A DNA stretch of 32,000 nucleotides from NCBI RefSeq assembly GCF_900232105.1, contig NZ_LT934425.1, positions 4,050,001 through 4,082,000 of the forward strand, read 5' to 3'. A model generated the notes under the pieces. It ran no database searches, had not been told where the DNA came from, and saw only the letters and a program-made list of their open reading frames with translations. Of the stretch, positions 26,572 through 32,000 are shown one piece after another. Position 1 is the first letter of the stretch; every line of letters starts with the position of its first letter. This DNA is from Candidatus Kuenenia stuttgartensis (GTDB lineage Bacteria > Planctomycetota > Brocadiia > Brocadiales > Brocadiaceae). The translations under genes and the position numbers were made by a program.

Positions 26572-28287
26572 CCTAAATCCTGCAAACGATTTTCGCAATG
26601 CGAAAATCAGTATTTTCCACTACCAAGATTGGCAAAAAGCGATAACAGATATCCGTTTTTTAGCAATTGTGGTAGCGCTATTGTACTACTTTAAACAAAA
26701 AGACATGGGAAATTGTCGGAAACGTGCTCTCTGATGCAATGAAAATCAAGATAGGGATGTACTGTCTCCATCTGCGGTATACTTACCACTCTCAAAAGAC
26801 TAAAAAAACGAAATACAACGTCGGTTTTCTACTGAAAAACTACATCCAGTGACATGCGTTCCCACTTTTCCCATTCCTCCTGATGGAGAAATTTCTCCGG
26901 CAATTTTAATGTCATCTGCCGGCTTCTCTCCACCAGTTTCCCTGCCACACGGATTAACCACAGTCTCATCGTCTTTACTTCCCACTGTTGTATCACTCCA
27001 CCACTGAGCAATCCCATCCACTTCAAAAGATTATACGCTAACACCGCACACTGAAATAGCGCAGCATTGGCCAAAAATTCACCCGTACGTATGTGCCCCG
27101 CATTCATCTGTCCTTTACTCTCTTCTATCAAAGTCTCGCAGGTAGCCCTCTTTCCATAACAACGATGCGCTTCCATCGGACTTAACCGCTCCGTTGTAAC
27201 GTAACAAAAATACTCATACACGGACACTTCTACTAATTTCTTTTCTCTTTTGACCAATTGCCGCACTGCCACAAAACGTCTCGCACGATCCCACCCTGCA
27301 CATCGATACCAAAATTCAGCCTGTTCCCATCCTGGCTCCCCTTTCACCTCATTCCATTTCTGCCCTTCAAGCAATCCTTCCAGATTCTTCAGCTTTACCT
27401 TAATCAGATATCCCGCCAATATTGACTCAAGGTATTCAAGTAATTCTCCGGTAAAAAAACCGCTGTCTCCCCGAAATACCACCCTTACCCCCTTATTCAT
27501 GTACGCCATACATTCCTTCATGAACTCTACTACTCCGTTACTCGTGTAGGCGCTTCCACAGCGGAACCAACTATGTAATACCTCCTTTGTTTCTGCAATA
27601 AATGCCATTAAGGGATGATACGCCTTCTGCCCCTTCTTGTGCGGATTATATCCTACCTCTGCACCCTCCTGTTTCCCATATACACCATCTACGGTAGAAT
27701 CAACATCTATCCATACTTCGCAAAGAGCACTCCTGAGTTTATGGCCTGATCTCACCGCACGCTTCCATATCTTTCCCCTAAACCGGTGGATCACCCCCGT
27801 CAGTTCCACTATATCTCCCTGACTCGCCAGCTTCATAATACGTCCTATCGTAGTATCTACAGGTACCTCTTTCCACCCGGACATCTTCTTCAATACCTCA
27901 TCTGTACACACCTTCATCACCTCTACCATCGATGTCGCCCCTGCTATCAACCCTATCACTACCATTTGTACCGCATCGACAAACTGATACCGGGCATTTG
28001 CTCCACGATCCTTATGGACCGCTTCATGGACTCTCTCCCGGAACATCAGCTTACCCATAAAATTCAATACCGGTAAAAGCCCTGCATGTACCGTTAAGCC
28101 TTTCCCGCTCATCTCTGCCTTGATTTTCGGTTGTCTTTTGCTGTATTTTTTTGCTATATTCTTCATCGAAATGGTGAATCTCCTTTCAGGTGTTTTTTGT
28201 TATCAATATACCGCCGAATACCTTGGAAATCCTACCATTTCAATCCTATTCCTGCAACAAGGCTTTGCCTTGTTTGCAGGATTTAGG
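26572..28287 (-). mobile_element. IS1380-like insertion sequence, complete with inverted repeats and target duplication
   Basis: CCTAAATCCTGCAAAC (26572-26587) and GTTTGCAGGATTTAGG (28272-28287) are perfect inverted repeats; TTGCT flanks both sides (26567-26571 and 28288-28292). Confidence 0.93.
26829..28166 (-). CDS. IS1380-family transposase (DDE)
   Basis: 445 aa: ALCEVWIDVDSTVDGVYGKQEGAEVGYNPHKKGQKAYHPLMAFIAETKEVLHSWFRCGSAYTSNG; VRVVFRGDSGFFTGELLEYLE; CETLIEESKGQMNAGHIRTGEFLANAALFQ. Confidence 0.9.
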   Translation of the reverse strand: MKNIAKKYSKRQPKIKAEMSGKGLTVHAGLLPVLNFMGKLMFRERVHEAVHKDRGANARYQFVDAVQMVVIGLIAGATSMVEVMKVCTDEVLKKMSGWKEVPVDTTIGRIMKLASQGDIVELTGVIHRFRGKIWKRAVRSGHKLRSALCEVWIDVDSTVDGVYGKQEGAEVGYNPHKKGQKAYHPLMAFIAETKEVLHSWFRCGSAYTSNGVVEFMKECMAYMNKGVRVVFRGDSGFFTGELLEYLESILAGYLIKVKLKNLEGLLEGQKWNEVKGEPGWEQAEFWYRCAGWDRARRFVAVRQLVKREKKLVEVSVYEYFCYVTTERLSPMEAHRCYGKRATCETLIEESKGQMNAGHIRTGEFLANAALFQCAVLAYNLLKWMGLLSGGVIQQWEVKTMRLWLIRVAGKLVERSRQMTLKLPEKFLHQEEWEKWERMSLDVVFQ

Positions 28288-28395
28288 TTGCTTATTATTT
28301 CCACCTGTCAATTACAAAAAATTAAACATTTCAAAGAAAAGGCGGGGTCAAATCTTAATGATTGACAAATAGCTTGTATCTGATATGATACCCGC

Positions 28396-29370
28396 ATGGC
28401 AAGACCACTACGCATACAATATAAAAATGCATTATATCTTGTGACCTGCCAGGGTAACAAGCGTAAGGCAATATTCAGGGATGACCAGGATAAGAAACTG
28501 TTTCTTGAGTTGTTGAATGACGGGCTGAAAACTTATACTAACCTTCTGTATGGTTACGTTCTCATGGAGAATCATTTCCATCTGCTTTTAGAAACACCCC
28601 TCGCCAATCTCAGTGAATTTATGAAATGGATTAACATTACCTACACCGCATATTACAATAAAAGACACAAAAGGACAGGCCATTTGTATCAGGGGAGATA
28701 CAAGAGCATTCTCCTTGAAAAGAAAGCGTATCTGGATATTGTGTCCCGATATATTCATTTAAACCCTCTCAATACGAGGCTGGGGAAAAAACTGCCGCTA
28801 TCGGAAAAGAGAAATTATTTGAAGAACTATGCGTGGAGCAGCCTTTTAGGTACTATCGATCATACCAAAAGAAATGACATTATAGCGTATGCCGGGGTAC
28901 TTGAGCCATATGGAGGCGACAACAAAAAAGGACGGCAATTGTATTGGGAGGCTGTTTGCAGTGATTTGCCGGCAGGTATTAAAATAAAAAATATGGTTGT
29001 TGGTGGAAACATACTGGGGAGCACCGGGTTTATCAACAGGGTGAGAGATAAATATTTACCGCTGAGATCACGTGAGATTTTACCTGCACGGCGGTTAAAA
29101 AACTATATCAGAAAAGAGACCATCATTAAAGCACTCTGCAAGGAGACAAAGAAAAGTTTTGATGAAATAAAGAATGAACGGGGTGTAATACGGCAAATAG
29201 CCATGGACTTATTGTACCGTTTTGGCGGGCTAAGCGGAACGGAGATCGGAGAAATGATGGGGATTGGCTATAGCACTGTAAGCATGGAGAGAAAACGATT
29301 ACGGGCAAAACTTAAAGGCAACAGGCATCTTTCCGGGATTATCAAAAGGATTGAAGCTATCCTCCAATGA
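28396..29370 (+). CDS. REP-associated-type Y1 tyrosine (HUH) transposase with C-terminal DnaA-like helix-turn-helix
   Basis: MARPLRIQYKNALYLVTCQGNKRKAIFRDDQDKKLFLELL; YVLMENHFHLLLETP (HxH-type motif); TGHLYQGRYKSILLEKKAYLDIVSRYIHLNPL; C-terminal LSGTEIGEMMGIGYSTVSMERKRLRAKL. Confidence 0.9.
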   Translation: MARPLRIQYKNALYLVTCQGNKRKAIFRDDQDKKLFLELLNDGLKTYTNLLYGYVLMENHFHLLLETPLANLSEFMKWINITYTAYYNKRHKRTGHLYQGRYKSILLEKKAYLDIVSRYIHLNPLNTRLGKKLPLSEKRNYLKNYAWSSLLGTIDHTKRNDIIAYAGVLEPYGGDNKKGRQLYWEAVCSDLPAGIKIKNMVVGGNILGSTGFINRVRDKYLPLRSREILPARRLKNYIRKETIIKALCKETKKSFDEIKNERGVIRQIAMDLLYRFGGLSGTEIGEMMGIGYSTVSMERKRLRAKLKGNRHLSGIIKRIEAILQ

Positions 29371-29393
29371 GAAGGCATTGACCCCTCTCCCCT

Positions 29394-29512
29394 TAAGCTA
29401 GCATAGCCAGAATCAAACAAACACGAAACAGTCCTCAGTCTTCAATCTTCAGTCTTCAGTCGGCAATCCTCAATCGGCAATTTGCCGACTGCCGACTGTA
29501 GATTGCCGACTG
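29394..29512 (+). repeat. Dispersed intergenic repeat, copy B, with variable CAGTCTTCA-type sub-repeats
   Basis: TTAAGCTAGCATAGCCAGAATCAAACAAACACGAAACAGTCCTCAGTCTTCAATCTTCAGTCTTCAGTCGGCAATCCTCAATCGGCAATTTGCCGACTGCCGACTGTAGATTGCCGACTG. Confidence 0.75.
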
Positions 29513-29576
29513 CAAAAAGATACTAATAAAGCAGCTCCCCGATTACTTCTCCCGCACGACATTTCCAGACCGCATT

Positions 29577-30200
29577 ATGACTATTGAAAAATCGCGATTC
29601 CACCAATTTATTATAAAACAAAATAATTTTGACCGGCTAGGGTTTGAAAATTGGGTTTTTTACCCCGGCATGTTGTTTAATGATCATCATAAATGGTGGT
29701 CAGATGCAGGTATTCGCCGCCAACCTCACGAAGGAGTTGATTTCTGTTTTTACCGGGATACAACGGGAGGTATACGTACTATTGGCTATAAAACAAAGAT
29801 CCCGGCGCTCTATGATGGAAGGGTAGCGCATATCCACGATGATTTTCTGGGCAAATCTATCTATGTGCAGCACAATACCTACGACGAGCGCAGACATGCG
29901 CTTTTCACTATATATGGACATACCATTCCAGTGAATGGCCTTAATACGGGAGATATGGTGAGCGAGGGCAACATACTTGCAACCACCGCAAATGTGCGGG
30001 AACATGCAAGGATTCTTCCCCATGTGCATATCACAGTGGCATGGATACCTGTATCTTTTCCCCATGAAAGACTTACATGGAAAATGATAAATGCCCCACA
30101 GATAACCACCCTCTGTAATCCTCTTGAGTTTATCGATTGCAAATTTACCGTTGAAAGGGAATGGGTCGATCCGGAGGATTATTTTCCGGCAAAAGACTGA
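29577..30200 (+). CDS. M23-family (LytM-like) metallopeptidase domain protein
   Basis: 207 aa: QPHEGVDFCFYRD...IPALYDGRVAHIHDDFLGKSIYVQH...LFTIYGHTIPVNGLNTGDMVSEGNILATTANV...LPHVHITVAWI. Confidence 0.85.
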   Translation: MTIEKSRFHQFIIKQNNFDRLGFENWVFYPGMLFNDHHKWWSDAGIRRQPHEGVDFCFYRDTTGGIRTIGYKTKIPALYDGRVAHIHDDFLGKSIYVQHNTYDERRHALFTIYGHTIPVNGLNTGDMVSEGNILATTANVREHARILPHVHITVAWIPVSFPHERLTWKMINAPQITTLCNPLEFIDCKFTVEREWVDPEDYFPAKD

Positions 30201-30246
30201 TTTTTGGCTTACCGAATTATTCTCCCATGTTACAAAAAGAAATGAA

Positions 30247-31146
30247 TCAAAATTGTTTCCCTTCTGATTGCAACGCCTCAAAGCCCGCTACTATATCAAG
30301 AAGTTCTTCAGTGATAGAGGTCTGATACTGATGACGATAGGACATATTCAACCCTTCAACCGTTTCTTTTATATTTTTTTCTGCAGTTTGCATGGAAGAA
30401 AGCCGGCTTGCGTTTTCACTTGCCATAGACTCTGCAAGTGCCCGATAGAGTAAAACAAAAATATACTGGCGAACAAGCGTTGAAAAAAGTTTCCTCCTCT
30501 CCATTGTAAATGTTGGAATTATATGAGATGGCCATTTTTTCCCCGCTAACGCATCCAACCATTCCTGATCCAGCGGCAAGAGATGCGCTGTTTGAGGTTT
30601 GCAGGAAGTGCTGGATAACAATTTATGGTGAAACAAAATAACCTTTGTAATTTTCCCCTTCTCTTCCAAACTGTTAAGCGCCGTTACAATTTTGTATCCG
30701 GTTTCTACAAGCTCTGAGTGGGACGCCGGTACAGGGAATATTTCTTCAACAGGATGCCCTCGTTCTTCGATAAGATCTGCTGCCCGCACTCCGACGCAGA
30801 GCAAAACATATCGTTCATGGGCAATGCTTTTGCTGTACATGCTTTCCAGCGCATATGATGTTATTTGACTATTGAATCCGCCACAAAGGCCATGGTCGGA
30901 ACCGAATACCACGGCGCATCCTGCAGTTTTTTCCTTTCCTGATATTTTTGAAACAACTTCTCCCTCTCCTTTTTGGAGAACCACCTGAAGGCCCATTTCA
31001 ATGGTTCGGTAGTAACCGGAAACCGCTTCAACAGCTTCCTCATAATGGCGAACATTTATCGCTGCAAGCGTTTTCATAGTTTTTACTATGGCATGCAAAT
31101 CTTCAGCGCTCTGAATTTTCCTCCTCAACCGTTCAAGTGTTAGCAT
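30247..31146 (-). CDS. atpG: F-type ATP synthase gamma subunit (possibly the alternate Na+-type N-ATPase group)
   Basis: MLTLERLRRKIQSAEDLHAIVKTMKTLAAINVRHYEEAVEAV; VFGSDHGLCGGFNSQI; C-terminal NASRLSSMQTAEKNIKETVEGLNMSYRHQYQTSITEELLDIVAGFEAL. Confidence 0.9.
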   Translation of the reverse strand: MLTLERLRRKIQSAEDLHAIVKTMKTLAAINVRHYEEAVEAVSGYYRTIEMGLQVVLQKGEGEVVSKISGKEKTAGCAVVFGSDHGLCGGFNSQITSYALESMYSKSIAHERYVLLCVGVRAADLIEERGHPVEEIFPVPASHSELVETGYKIVTALNSLEEKGKITKVILFHHKLLSSTSCKPQTAHLLPLDQEWLDALAGKKWPSHIIPTFTMERRKLFSTLVRQYIFVLLYRALAESMASENASRLSSMQTAEKNIKETVEGLNMSYRHQYQTSITEELLDIVAGFEALQSEGKQF

Positions 31147-32000
31147 CTAAATGCCCTCTTCTTTTTCAGCAATAACATTTCTTGCCAGAGAGACAATTTT
31201 ATACCGGTCTTCGTCAATGAGTTGTTCTCCTTTTTCAATCTTCTGGCATACGTCAGGCAATTTTTCAGTCACTTCTTTACTGATGGCGGATTCCGCTGCA
31301 GAAATAAGCTCTATGGGCGATTTATCCAATAAGCCTTCCACTACTGCCATTAAAACAACAATTTGCACAGAAACCGGCACAGGTTGAAACTGTGGCTGTT
31401 TGAGAATCTCACGGACACGTTTCCCACGCTCAATAATTTTTCGGGTTGATTCATCTAACCGCGTGCTGAAACGCGCAAACCTCTCCAACTCCTCAAATTG
31501 AGCGTAAGAAAGCCGTAAATCACTTGCCACCATCCTGTAAGACGGAAATTGTGCCTTGCCCCCGACTCTGGATACCGACCTCCCTACATTTACAGCCGGC
31601 ATAATCCCTTTCTGCGCAAGTTCCGGAGATAGATAAATCTGTCCGTCAGTGATAGAAATCAAATTTGTAGGAATATACGCCGAAATATTCTGCGCTTCCG
31701 TCTCAATAATAGGCAAAGAGGTCAAAGACCCTCCTCCAAGCTCTTTTTTCAGGTGTGTGGATCTTTCCAGCAGGCGGGAATGAATATAAAAAATATCGCC
31801 GGGAAAAGCTTCCCTGCCAGGCGGCCTTCTCAGCAGGAGGGATAGTTCCCGGTATGCCCGTGCATGATTCGTTAAATCATCGTACACGATGAGCACATCC
31901 TCTCCCTTATACATGAAATATTCCGCCATGGCAGTGGCGGCATAAGGAGCGATATATTTCATTCCGGGAGTCGATTCACCAGCGGCAACCACGATAATTG
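31147..32000 (-). CDS. atpA: F-type ATP synthase alpha subunit, C-terminal part, truncated by the right window edge
   Basis: [62 protein letters not shown]; [35 protein letters not shown]; stop TAG directly followed by the atpG ATG. Confidence 0.94.
   Translation of the reverse strand, partial: IIVVAAGESTPGMKYIAPYAATAMAEYFMYKGEDVLIVYDDLTNHARAYRELSLLLRRPPGREAFPGDIFYIHSRLLERSTHLKKELGGGSLTSLPIIETEAQNISAYIPTNLISITDGQIYLSPELAQKGIMPAVNVGRSVSRVGGKAQFPSYRMVASDLRLSYAQFEELERFARFSTRLDESTRKIIERGKRVREILKQPQFQPVPVSVQIVVLMAVVEGLLDKSPIELISAAESAISKEVTEKLPDVCQKIEKGEQLIDEDRYKIVSLARNVIAEKEEGI

Noticed and set aside
26829-28166. Several plus-strand ORFs inside the IS1380-like transposase (27250..27549, 27637..27822, 27786..28076)
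   Set aside because: Shadow ORFs antisense to a well-supported transposase.

Overview
This 32 kb bacterial window has a conserved backbone and repeat-rich accessory stretches. Composition and gene content resemble an anammox/Planctomycetes-type genome, but that is inference only. Backbone: two heavy-metal RND efflux loci (adaptor + CzcA/CusA pump at 1-4404; TolC-like outer-membrane protein + adaptor + CzcA pump at 12237-18748), a YnfA-family protein, a universal stress protein, ribD, aroA, a cooS-type carbon monoxide dehydrogenase, an M23 peptidase and the atpA/atpG end of an F-type ATPase operon. Accessory: about 4.9-11.2 kb is a decaying island. It holds a RhuM-like remnant, a lone DUF433 antitoxin-like gene, a DDE transposase with readable terminal inverted repeats, a stop-interrupted coiled-coil ORF, a DUF2283-like remnant, an AlbA_2/RecG-like gene broken by one extra base, an intact PIN/Phd toxin-antitoxin pair and a helicase-like C-terminal fragment. 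An IS1380-like element (26572-28287, 16-bp inverted repeats, 5-bp target duplication) and a REP-associated-type Y1 transposase lie further right. The most unusual content is non-coding: several MITE-like or palindromic intergenic elements. One is 140 bp with perfect 22-bp inverted repeats, a perfect 9-bp target duplication and a perfect internal 16-bp palindrome. Another is a 137-bp element with perfect 17-bp inverted repeats and a second, degraded copy. I found no CRISPR array and no convincing new multi-gene system. All family assignments come from reading the sequence; no database search was run.
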